33,767 nt of DNA from Paraspadella gotoi (Eukaryota; Animalia; Chaetognatha): contig CM119267.1 of the NCBI GenBank assembly GCA_051294375.1, positions 4,398,258-4,432,024 on the forward strand. The letters run 5' to 3'. The notes beneath the pieces are model-generated. The model was not told the origin of the DNA. It saw only the letters and a program-made list of their open reading frames with translations, and searched no databases. Both the position numbers and the translations under genes were made by a program. This document shows positions 24,078-33,767 of the stretch, one piece after another; the first letter of the stretch is position 1, and each line of letters starts with the position of its first letter.

Positions 24078-24302
24078 ATGCAAATTACATTTAAGTTTCT
24101 TTAAGATTCAATTCGACACCTCGTTGGTCGACGTCACCTTCGTCGTCGACGAAACTCTATCGCCGCCAGATTTCGCCTCGCGTGGCAACAGGGCGGCGTC
24201 ATTTCCGGTCTCCGTCGTCGGCGTCGTTCGTTTCCTCTCCGTCGCGCGGCGCCACGCGACGTCGCGTCGGACATTTTTTTTATCACGTGACCAACTTCCG
24301 TT
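24078..24302. promoter_or_regulatory. CpG-rich promoter-like segment
   Basis: ATGCAAAT octamer 24078-24085, perfect palindrome ACGCGACGTCGCGT 24254-24267, TCACGTGA 24283-24290 and an adjacent ACTTCCG ETS-like core; very CpG-dense relative to the AT-rich 23.55-24.0 kb flank. Confidence 0.35.
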
Positions 24303-24458
24303 TTTGCGGAATTCGATGACTAGGATGTGACGACGACGACGACGACGACAATGACGAAAACGACGACGACGATAGCGAAGAAGAAAGAAATATAACGACG
24401 TCCAATTTCTTTAAAGGAAATTGATTTCAAAAAAGAAATTCACGTTTTGTGCCGTTTG

Positions 24459-24510
24459 GGTCTGTGTGAGAGGGGGTCTGTGTGGGAGGGGGTCTGTGTG
24501 GGAGGGGGTC
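24459..24510 (+). repeat. G-rich minisatellite, 16-bp unit GGTCTGTGTGGGAGGG x3.25
   Basis: Units start at 24459, 24475, 24491 and 24507; followed by AGTTGCAAAT x2.5 at ~24515-24539. Confidence 0.9.
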
Positions 24511-24751
24511 TTAAAGTTGCAAATAGTTGCAAATAGTTGATCAAAAGTAATATCAATAACAGAATCTAAATCGCATTGATTTCGATCTTAAACTTTCAAT
24601 CATAATCTCTTTCTTTTCTCAATTTTGTGGCTTTTCTTCATACCTTTGGTTTTCTCACACGTCACCGTCTCTATCTTTCATCCTCTCTCACTCGCTCTCT
24701 CTCCAATTTTTGCCTTNNNNNNNNNNNNNNNNNNNNNNNNNCACAAAGAGA

Positions 24752-25838
24752 GAGATTTGATCAAAAAGAAAAGTTGATTAGTTATTTTCAAAAAAAAGAT
24801 TAATGAATCGAAAAAAAATATTATCCTGGCGATTGATCTAACATTTCTTACATTTTGTTACAGTTTTTTCTTGTACATTCTTTCTCTCTCTTTTCTTTTC
24901 CATTCCACTTTGTCCTCTTCCTCCCCCCCCTCTCTCCCCTCTCTCTCCCCCTCTCTCTCTTCCCCCTAACTCCGATCTCCCATCGAGCGATGTTTACGCG
25001 AAATATGAGTCGTCACGTGATAGCAGTAGAGGCGGGTTTCGACGCCACACCGACGTCGAAGGGTGGCCGGGGCGCGCGCCTCTTCTGCCGGGTGCGTAGG
25101 ACGCTTGCCGACGGGGGCCGGCGTCGGCCGAAGACGACGGGCGGTATGCTTTACTCAATCGAGAAGGAGGCGACAGAGTGGGAGGAAAGGGAGAGAAGGA
25201 ATGGAATGAATGAATGAGAATGAATGAATGAAGTGATATGATGACATGAATGAATGAATGAATGAATGAATGATGTGAATAAATAGAATGGAATGGAATG
25301 GAATGGAATGAATGAATGAATGAATTGAATGAATGAATAGAATGGAACGGAATGATGAAGAACTGAATGATGAATGAATGAATGAATGATGAATGAAATG
25401 AATGAATGAATGAATGAACTGAATTAATAATTTAAATGATGGATGAATGAATGAAAAAAATGTATGAATAAATATATGATGACTTAATAAATGGACGAAC
25501 TTAATAAATAAATAAATGAATAATAAATTTTAGATAAAATAGATAAATTAGAGTCAAGTCAATCAACTCATTTCCTAAGGTCAAAGTCTCAATTTTCTTC
25601 GCCTTCGAATTTCCTTCTTTTCGACGCCAACAAAAAAAATAAAGCGAGAGTTGGAAGAGGGGGCGTCACTCGGTGGCGCCACGACGCCCGGCGCCAAAAA
25701 AGAAAACGCCGACGTCAGCGCCGCCAACGCGCCGGCGATTTATACGAGCCTCTTCTTCATCTTGAATTCATAGAGGAATAACGAGAAATTGGGTCTGAAA
25801 AAGAACAAACGAGTGGCTTGGGAGTCGAGAGAGAGACG

Positions 25839-25889
<51 letters not shown>

Positions 25890-26975
25890 GAGAGAGAGAG
25901 AGAGAGAGAGAAGAATGAGCTGTTCTTTTTCATCCCATTTTCTCGTTTTCCTCATGAATTCAAATGAAGAAGAGGGCGTCGTAATAAAATCGCCGGCGCC
26001 GTTGGCGGCGCTGACGTCGGGTTTTCTTTTTTGGCGCCGGCGCTCGTGGCGCCACCGACGACGCCCCCTCTTCCACGTCTCGCTTTATTTTTTTTTTGTT
26101 GGCGTCGAAAAGAAGGAAATTCGAAGGCGAAGAAAATTGAGACCTTGACCTTAGAAATGAGTTTGATTGATTGATCTATTTATCTATTTATCTATTTATT
26201 TATTCATTTATTTATTTATTTAATTCGTCCATTTATTAAGTCATTCATTTATTTATTCATACATTTTTTCATTCATTCATCCATTCATTAAATTTATTAA
26301 TTAGTTCATTCATTCATTCATTCATTCATTCATTCATTCATTCATTCATTCATTCATTCATTCATTCATTCATTCATTCATTCATTCCGTTCCATTCTAT
26401 TCATTCATTCATTCATTCATTCATTCATTCCATTCCATTCCATTCCATTCTATTTATTCATTCATTCATTCATTCATTCATTCATTCATTCATTCATTCA
26501 TTCATTCATTCATTCATTCATTCCATTCCTTCTCTCCCCTTCCTCCCACTCTTCGCCTCCTTCTCGATTGAGTAAACATCCGCCGTCGTCTTCGGCCGAC
26601 GCCGGCCCCGCGTCGGCAAAGCGTCTACGCACCGGCAGAGAGGCGCGCGCCCCGGCACCTTCGACGTCGTGTGTCGGCGTCGAAACCCACGCCTTCTACT
26701 CGTCTATCACGTGACCGACTCATATTTTCGCGTAAACATCGCTCGATGGGAGATCGGAGTTAGGGGGAAGAGAGAGAGGGGGAGAGAGAGGGGAGAGAGG
26801 GGGGGGAGGGAAGAGGACAAAGATGGAATGGAAAGAAGAGAGAGAAAGATGTACAGAAAAACTGTAACAAAATGTAAGGAAATGTAGTATCCAAATCGCC
26901 AGGAAATATTTTTTTTTCGATTCAATTTAATTTTTTGAAATTATCTAAATCAAACTTTTCTTTTTGATCAAACTC
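24752..26975. repeat. ~2.2-kb inverted repeat: arms ~24752-25807 and ~25921-26975 with a (GA)n spacer
   Basis: Arms are reverse complements end to end, e.g. tttgatcaaaaagaaaag from 24756 vs cttttctttttgatcaaa ending 26972. The right arm has a clean (ATTC)n at ~26270-26530; the left arm has a degraded (GAAT)n at ~25197-25450. Confidence 0.95.
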
Positions 26976-27001
26976 AATAAGAAAATGATAACGTTTTTGA
27001 T

Positions 27002-27056
27002 CTCGCCTTACCCTCGCCTTACCCTTGCCTTAGCCTCGCCTTAGCCTCGCCTTAGC
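27002..27056 (+). repeat. 11-bp tandem repeat CTCGCCTTA[C/G]C x5
   Basis: Read directly; one unit is the variant CTTGCCTTAGC. Confidence 0.9.
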
Positions 27057-27704
27057 CCCGCCGCGACCTCTTAGGAACTCTCAAAATTGCCCTACCCAAC
27101 CGCAGCGCCGCGGCCGCCAATTTCTTTTTCAAATAAAATATATTATTCCCCTATTCCTCTCTCTCTATTTCTCTCTCTCTCTCTCTCTCTCTCNNNNNNN
27201 NNNNNNNNNNNNNNNNNNNNNNNNNNNNNNNNNNNNNNNNNNNNNNNNNNNNNNNNNNNNNNNNNNNNNNNNNNNNNNNNNNNNNNNNNNNNNNNNNNNN
27301 NNNNNNNNNNNNNNNNNNNNNNNNNNNNNNNNNNNNNNNNNNNNNNNNNNNNNNNNNNNNNNNNNNNNNNNNNNNNNNNNNNNNNNNNNNNNNNNNNNNN
27401 NNNNNNNNNNNNNNNNNNNNNNNNNNNNNNNNNNNNNNNNNNNNNNNNNNNNNNNNNNNNNNNNNNNNNNNNNNNNNNNNNNNNNNNNNNNNNNNNNNNN
27501 NNNNNNNNNNNNNNNNNNNNNNNNNNNNNNNNNNNNNNNNNNNNNNNNNNNNNNNNNNNNNNNNNNNNNNNNNNNNNNNNNNNNNNNNNNNNNNNNNNNN
27601 NNNNNNNNNNNNNNNNNNNNNNNNNNNNNNNNNNNNNNNNNNNNNNNNNGTGAGGCTGGACTCACGAAAATCGGTCAAGACGACGATTGTGAGTGTGAAT
27701 CCTC

Positions 27705-27776
27705 TTGTGAATTGAGGTTGTGAATTCATGTTGTGAATTTATGTTGTGAATTGTATTGTTAAATTTCTGGTGAATT
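27705..27776 (+). repeat. ~13-bp degenerate tandem repeat with core TTGTGAATT, ~6 copies
   Basis: Cores at 27705, 27718, 27731 and 27744, with degenerate copies at ~27756 and ~27768. Confidence 0.8.
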
Positions 27777-30180
27777 ATACNNNNNNNNNNNNNNNNNNNN
27801 NNNNNNNNNNNNNNNNNNNNNNNNNNNNNNNNNNNNNNNNNNNNNNNNNNNNNNNNNNNNNNNNNNNNNNNNNNNNNNNNNNNNNNNNNNNNNNNNNNNN
27901 NNNNNNNNNNNNNNNNNNNNNNNNNNNNNNNNNNNNNNNNNNNNNNNNNNNNNNNNNNNNNNNNNNNNNNNNNNNNNNNNNNNNNNNNNNNNNNNNNNNN
28001 NNNNNNNNNNNNNNNNNNNNNNNNNNNNNNNNNNNNNNNNNNTGTGTCCAAAGACCACGAAGATATTGGAATCGATAAAAAAGGGAAATTCACCAAATTG
28101 TCTCTCGTCCCCTTAAATGGGGACAAAAAATCGATTTCGGCGAAATTCTTTGTTTCGTCCCGTGACCCTGGCAACGGGGCGGGGTTCGTGGGGCGAGGAG
28201 AGTGGGGTCGGGTCGGAATATGTGGGGGAGGCAAGGGGGGAGGGGATAGACCCGCCGTCCAAGGATGGATAAAAGATGCTGAATTCGGAATAATTCGCGA
28301 ATATGATTGTCTACATAAAAGTTGGGAATTGCGGTCGGGAGGAGGAGGAGGAGGAGGAGTAGGAGGAGGAGGAGAGATAAAACAGAAATTCCACCATGAA
28401 TTAATTCGTTATTATGAGAGAGTGGGTGTACATTTAACGATCAATGATCNNNNNNNNNNNNNNNNNNNNNNNNNNNNNNNNNNNNNNNNNNNNNNNNNNN
28501 NNNNNNNNNNNNNNNNNNNNNNNNNNNNNNNNNNNNNNNNNNNNNNNNNNNNNNNNNNNNNNNNNNNNNNNNNNNNNNNNNNNNNNNNNNNNNNNNNNNN
28601 NNNNNNNNNNNNNNNNNNNNNNNNNNNNNNNNNNNNNNNNNNNNNNNNNNNNNNNNNNNNNNNNNNNNNNNNNNNNNNAGAGAGAGATTCGCCGAAGAAA
28701 AAGATAAAAATGCATAAAAATTCCCAGACGGAGTTTTATACTGCGCGCCGTTTTTCAAAGACGTTGCCAGAGAGAAGAGGCGTGGAGGAAAGAATAGAAG
28801 ATAAATTAAAAAAAAGAAAGAATATGAATATAAATAGAAAATAAAGAATAAAAGAATATTTATAACAAAAGAAAGCATTTACTTTGCAAATTCCCAATAT
28901 TTGAAATGTCGAAATAAAAAAAAGAGAGAAAAAAAGAAATCGAAATAGAGAAGTAAAGACAAAGAGAAGAAATGCCTATAGAGAGGTTAAGAAGAGACGA
29001 GAAGAGACGAAATGAGGAAAGAAAGGTTTAAAAGAGAAGAAAAGAGAAAAAATAAGTAAAGAGAGGTTGATAAGAGAAGAGAAGAAATGAGTAAAGTCAA
29101 GAACGGACTCATTCCTTCCGCCATCTTTTTTTTTTTCAACGTGGAACATTGTTTCTCGCAATTGCGGTTCCGAGTCTTGGGAGTAAACAAACTCCCTTCA
29201 GTCATAACGCGGCTAATGTTACACGTTTCGCACGTAAAAGTGCATGCGATTGTACACCCTCGCTCGAGCAGGTCGCGTGCGCATTGTGGAATAAAAAGGT
29301 CGTAAGTACGGAGGTTACGCTGTACGTACGTCGTACGGNNNNNNNNNNNNNNNNNNNNNNNNNNNNNNNNNNNNNNNNNNNNNNNNNNNNNNNNNNNNNN
29401 NNNNNNNNNNNNNNNNNNNNNNNNNNNNNNNNNNNNNNNNNNNNNNNNNNNNNNNNNNNNNNNNNNNNNNNNNNNNNNNNNNNNNNNNNNNNNNNNNNNN
29501 NNNNNNNNNNNNNNNNNNNNNNNNNNNNNNNNNNNNNNNNNNNNNNNNNNNNNNNNNNNNNNNNNNNNNNNNNNNNNNNNNNNNNNNNNNNNNNNNNNNN
29601 NNNNNNNNNNNNNNNNNNNNNNNNNNNNNNNNNNNNNNNNNNNNNNNNNNNNNNNNNNNNNNNNNNNNNNNNNNNNNNNNNNNNNNNNNNNNNNNNNNNN
29701 NNNNNNNNNNNNNNNNNNNNNNNNNNNNNNNNNNNNNNNNNNNNNNNNNNNNAAAAAAAGACTAGATTGTAGGAACGAAAGATAGAAAGATGGCTGTTGG
29801 TTTAAAAAATAGATGTAATAGTCTTATATGGGGCTTTTAGTTGCGCCGCAAGTACTCGCGGAACAACTCTGTAAGACACTTGGGTGTCAGTCGGTCGGTC
29901 GGTCTGTCACATGACCCAAAATTCAATGCGGCTTAAATTCGGTTGCTATTTTGTTAATTTTAATTTTAATTGTCAATTTTAATTCTAAGCGACTGCAAGC
30001 GCTACCTTTTGTTTTATCATAAAAAAAAAGATGGAATTCCGATACAGTGTGTCAGAATATTGCGTGCAACCTAACATGATAACACGGTAGTACACTTGAA
30101 AGAAAGTCACAGCGGCGCAACACACATTGGAATCACCGTTCTTCTTGTAAGAAAACCAAATCCCCCTTCCCCGATTTTCG

Positions 30181-30245
30181 ATCCCCGCTTCCTCGGAATC
30201 CCCACTTCCTCGGAAACCCCCGTTCCTCGGAATCCCCACTTCCCC
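30181..30245 (+). repeat. 17-bp tandem repeat ATCCCCRCTTCCTCGGA x~3.8
   Basis: Units start at 30181, 30198, 30215 and 30232. Confidence 0.85.
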
Positions 30246-30299
30246 TCTTTTCCTCCTGAAAAAGAGAAAAACCGTCATTCGTCGCCATTAGGACTTATT

Positions 30300-30577
30300 C
30301 CCGTTCTTCCGCTTCCGGGGATTTTTTCCGCTTCCGCTTTTCCGCTTTACCGCTTCCGGTTGTCGCTCGTGAATTATCGTGTTGACATTCAAAACCGAGA
30401 ATTGTCGAGGAGGAGGAGGAGGAGGAGGAGGAGGAGGAGGAAGAGGAAGAGGAAGCGTCGGCAGAAGAAAATCCGGATTCGTCTTCGATTATTAATGATT
30501 TGGTTCGAGAAACCGGAACCCGGAACCGGAACCGAAAACGGAGACGTGGAAACCGGATGTATGGAAACCGGAAGTGG
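30300..30577. promoter_or_regulatory. cluster of ETS-type CGGAA/TTCCG motifs flanking a (GAG)n tract
   Basis: Repeated TTCCG at 30307-30360 (including GCTTCCGGTT), repeated CCGGAA at 30511-30530, ACCGGATGT at ~30552 and ACCGGAAGTG at ~30567. ACCGGAAGT is the established ETS consensus. (GAG)n lies at 30407-30453. Confidence 0.4.
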
Positions 30578-30751
30578 ATTACGATGAGGTGTATTGACTT
30601 ACGCGAAGGAGAAATTATATTCGGTCGTAGTTAAAAAATGTGGTAAACTTCAACGTCTCATCTTCTACATCAAAATACTCCATCATTCTGGAACCCAAAC
30701 GTCAACTCATGGCCCCTTTCCTTTTGCGGTTTAGAAAGAGAGAGAGGGAGT

Positions 30752-30791
<40 letters not shown>

Positions 30792-32787
30792 TTTTTTGGA
30801 TATAGAATCCGATGTAGCGTAATAGAAACGTTACAAAATGTGGAAGGAAAAGGGACCAGGTTGACTGACTGACTNNNNNNNNNNNNNNNNNNNNNNNNNN
30901 NNNNNNNNNNNNNNNNNNNNNNNNNNNNNNNNNNNNNNNNNNNNNNNNNNNNNNNNNNNNNNNNNNNNNNNNNNNNNNNNNNNNNNNNNNNNNNNNNNNN
31001 NNNNNNNNNNNNNNNNNNNNNNNNNNNNNNNNNNNNNNNNNNNNNNNNNNNNNNNNNNNNNNNNNNNNNNNNNNNNNNNNNNNNNNNNNNNNNNNNNNNN
31101 NNNNNNNNNNNNNNNNNNNNNNNNNNNNNNNNNNNNNNNNNNNNNNNNNNNNNNNNNNNNNNNNNNNNNNNNNNNNNNNNNNNNNNNNNNNNNNNNNNNN
31201 NNNNNNNNNNNNNNNNNNNNNNNNNNNNNNNNNNNNNNNNNNNGGCGAAGGAAAAACGTGATTCGATTTGATAATCGATCCAGATCCATCTATCCGTTTG
31301 TCCAGTGGATTTAATCACGCCACGAGTACGGACAGAAGGTTTAAATAATTTGTTTTGTTTCATAACAGATTCTTTTTTTTTTTCGAAGGCTTATTTTTAG
31401 TCGAAAAACATCCTGTATATTTTTTTTTTCGCTTTAATATTCCAGAACCCGAATCGTTAAAATCCATGTTCTCGTAAAAATACTTACATCGAAGCCTTAA
31501 AACCCAGTTTAATACGGAGAAGAGAAACTAAAGTCTTTAAAAAAAAAACGAGTCAAATACGGAAACGAGAACCAAAGTTTCATCCGGGTCGTTTTAAAGA
31601 GAGAAAAACATTTTCTCGACGTCTCGAGGAGACAAGAATCAGAAAAGTAGAAGAAGAAAGAAATCGTCTCACGAAAAAGAGTGAATGTCACGTCAATGAA
31701 ATGATCTTTATATCGGAGGGGGTGGNNNNNNNNNNNNNNNNNNNNNNNNNNNNNNNNNNNNNNNNNNNNNNNNNNNNNNNNNNNNNNNNNNNNNNNNNNN
31801 NNNNNNNNNNNNNNNNNNNNNNNNNNNNNNNNNNNNNNNNNNNNNNNNNNNNNNNNNNNNNNNNNNNNNNNNNNNNNNNNNNNNNNNNNNNNNNNNNNNN
31901 NNNNNNNNNNNNNNNNNNNNNNNNNNNNNNNNNNNNNNNNNNNNNNNNNNNNNNNNNNNNNNNNNNNNNNNNNNNNNNNNNNNNNNNNNNNNNNNNNNNN
32001 NNNNNNNNNNNNNNNNNNNNNNNNNNNNNNNNNNNNNNNNNNNNNNNNNNNNNNNNNNNNNNNNNNNNNNNNNNNNNNNNNNNNNNNNNNNNNNNNNNNN
32101 NNNNNNNNNNNNNNNNNNNNNNNNNNNNNNNNNNNNNNNNNNNNNNNNNNNNNNNNNNNNNNNNNNNNNNNNNNNNNNNNNNNNNNNNNNNNNNNNNNNN
32201 NNNNNNNNNNNNNNNNNNNNNNNNNNNNNNNNNNNNNNNNNNNNNNNNNNNNNNNNNNNNNNNNNNNNNNNNNNNNNNNNNNNNNNNNNNNNNNNNNNNN
32301 NNNNNNNNNNNNNNNNNNNNNNNNNNNNNNNNNNNNNNNNNNNNNNNNNNNNNNNNNNNNNNNNNNNNNNNNNNNNNNNNNNNNNNNNNNNNNNNNNNNN
32401 NNNNNNNNNNNNNNNNNNNNNNNNNNNNNNNNNNNNNNNNNNNNNNNNNNNNNNNNNNNNGTTATATACGAAGTAAATTAAATATCACATAAAATCGGAA
32501 AAGTTGAATAATTTGAACTTTGTCGGTTTAAAAAGATCGTTAACGAATTCTCAGAAAAACGATAAGCGTCAGATTAAGATTTCAATCTTTATAATTTATT
32601 TCTTTCATTCTTTTTCCTCGCATTTTCTTAGGAATTCTATTTTTTTTCCTCTGGTTTAAAAGTTTTTCCCCCTTTTTTTATTTTTTCTTTAACGCGAAAA
32701 TAATTCCTCGAAACGGAAATTTATGTCAGAAACAAAAGGCGCCACTCGGGAGGTTTTCCCCTTTTCGTCGATAGATGACGTTTTTTT

Positions 32788-33033
32788 CTAAGGAGAAAAA
32801 TTTAAGATCGAAGAAACGAAGCTGGGTTCTGAATGAAGCGGCGCTGCGGCTGTGAAGGGATGCTGCAATAAAGCTGCAGTAAAGCCGCAATTGGGCTGAA
32901 TAATGCTGCAGTTTGCCGCATTGTAGCTACAGTCAAGCTGTTGCGGAATCGAAACAAGCCAAGTCTCCGAAACTGTCAGTGGCAAACAGCAAAGAATCAG
33001 CACAACAAAAATCGCGATTAAATCAGTGATCAT
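32788..33033 (-). CDS. hypothetical 81-aa ORF with signal-peptide-like or transmembrane-like N-terminus
   Basis: ATG-initiated MITDLIAIFVVLILCCLPLTVS-ETWLV..., in non-repetitive sequence, with 5 Cys. No homolog recognised; may be a chance ORF. Confidence 0.2.
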   Translation of the reverse strand: MITDLIAIFVVLILCCLPLTVSETWLVSIPQQLDCSYNAANCSIIQPNCGFTAALLQHPFTAAAPLHSEPSFVSSILNFSP

Positions 33034-33767
33034 AATTTTTCTCGGCCGTGGGGTCAAAGAGAGGTCACGGTCGAGGAGTCAAGAGATGTGAGGAAAGAAA
33101 TTACTGCCGCAAGTAAGTGAAAAAGTAAGTCAGTGTATAATGTACTGCTTTAAAACATCGTGTGAACTGTAATGCTGATACATTTACAGTTGGTAAACAA
33201 AAAATTTGAGACGTTTTCACTTTAAACCCGATTCGACACAAACAAATAATTGCAAAGGGGATTTTGTTTAGATTCCATTTTAGGAAAGAAATTCGAAGTG
33301 ATTTCATTTCTATGAGTAGCTCTTGAGACTGACGAGGAGACCGTGAGAGAGAGAGATGGATGTGATAGACCTCTTGCGATCGAGAGCAGATTGAGTTCGA
33401 GAGGAGAGAGGATTTTAGCGCAGCGGAACAGATTTGGAGGAAAGGTCCCCCAGAATAGATTGAATTAGGCTGATGTAAGCTCCAGAAAGAAAGGGCCTAT
33501 ATCTTTACATTTTTATTTCTTTAATTTTTCATTATTGAGAGACAGTTCATGACGGAGAGATTGAGAGAGAGATGAGAGACGTAGACGTGATACGTACGTA
33601 TTATGGTTATCTCGATGAGAGACTGTAGTAAGTTTTGTAGGTCGGAGATATAAGATCCCGCATATGCTGATGATATGAGATGATGATTCGATATTCCCGG
33701 TCATAAGAGAGCAGAGATTATTTGTTCAATTACAAGAAGCCTCTTCTTCCGTTTTATCCCTTCCCCT

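Noticed and set aside
25801-25860. Adapter-like string at the centre of the 2.2-kb palindrome
   Set aside because: Only aacaaacg...gagagagat resembles the SMRTbell adapter, which cannot be distinguished from the surrounding (GA)n tract.
24459-30245. Short tandem arrays (16-, 11-, 13- and 17-bp units) considered as CRISPR-like
   Set aside because: The units are head-to-tail without unique spacers, there are no cas genes, and the context is eukaryotic.
31480-31490. ATACTTAC resembling the U1 snRNA 5' end
   Set aside because: It continues ATCG rather than CTGG and no downstream U1 structure is evident; at most it is a minus-strand splice-donor-like word.
9351-32492. Long ORFs containing X runs (e.g. 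9679-10644, 27087-27653, 29149-29772, 31701-32492)
   Set aside because: Their length comes from N gaps, which cannot contain stops.

Overview
Eukaryotic, probably invertebrate-animal genomic scaffold (inferred from very dense (CT/GA)n, (GAC)n, (CTTT)n and (ATTC)n microsatellites and no obvious CpG depletion). It has 17 N-runs totalling about 4.1 kb. I cannot confidently identify any protein-coding gene, tRNA, rRNA, CRISPR array or intact transposon; nearly all ORFs in the track are translations of microsatellites or N-runs. The dominant signal is large-scale self-similarity. One locus appears three times: a clean but gapped copy (A, about 10124-16326), an indel-rich direct copy that spans A's gaps (B, about 16331-22114), and a very insertion-rich inverted copy (C, about 4700-7030 plus about 8120-8960). 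Separately there is a ~2.2-kb palindrome (24752-26975) with one clean and one noisy arm. Three gaps of exactly 25 N, the indel-dominated divergence and an adapter-like string at the turn of the large inversion suggest artefacts of uncorrected long-read gap filling rather than new biology, although real foldback or segmental duplication is not excluded without reads. The best residual biological candidates are a GC-rich, hairpin-dense island (3299-3496), recurrent TCACGTGA E-boxes, an ETS-motif cluster (30181-30577) and a signal-peptide-like small ORF (32788-33033, minus strand).
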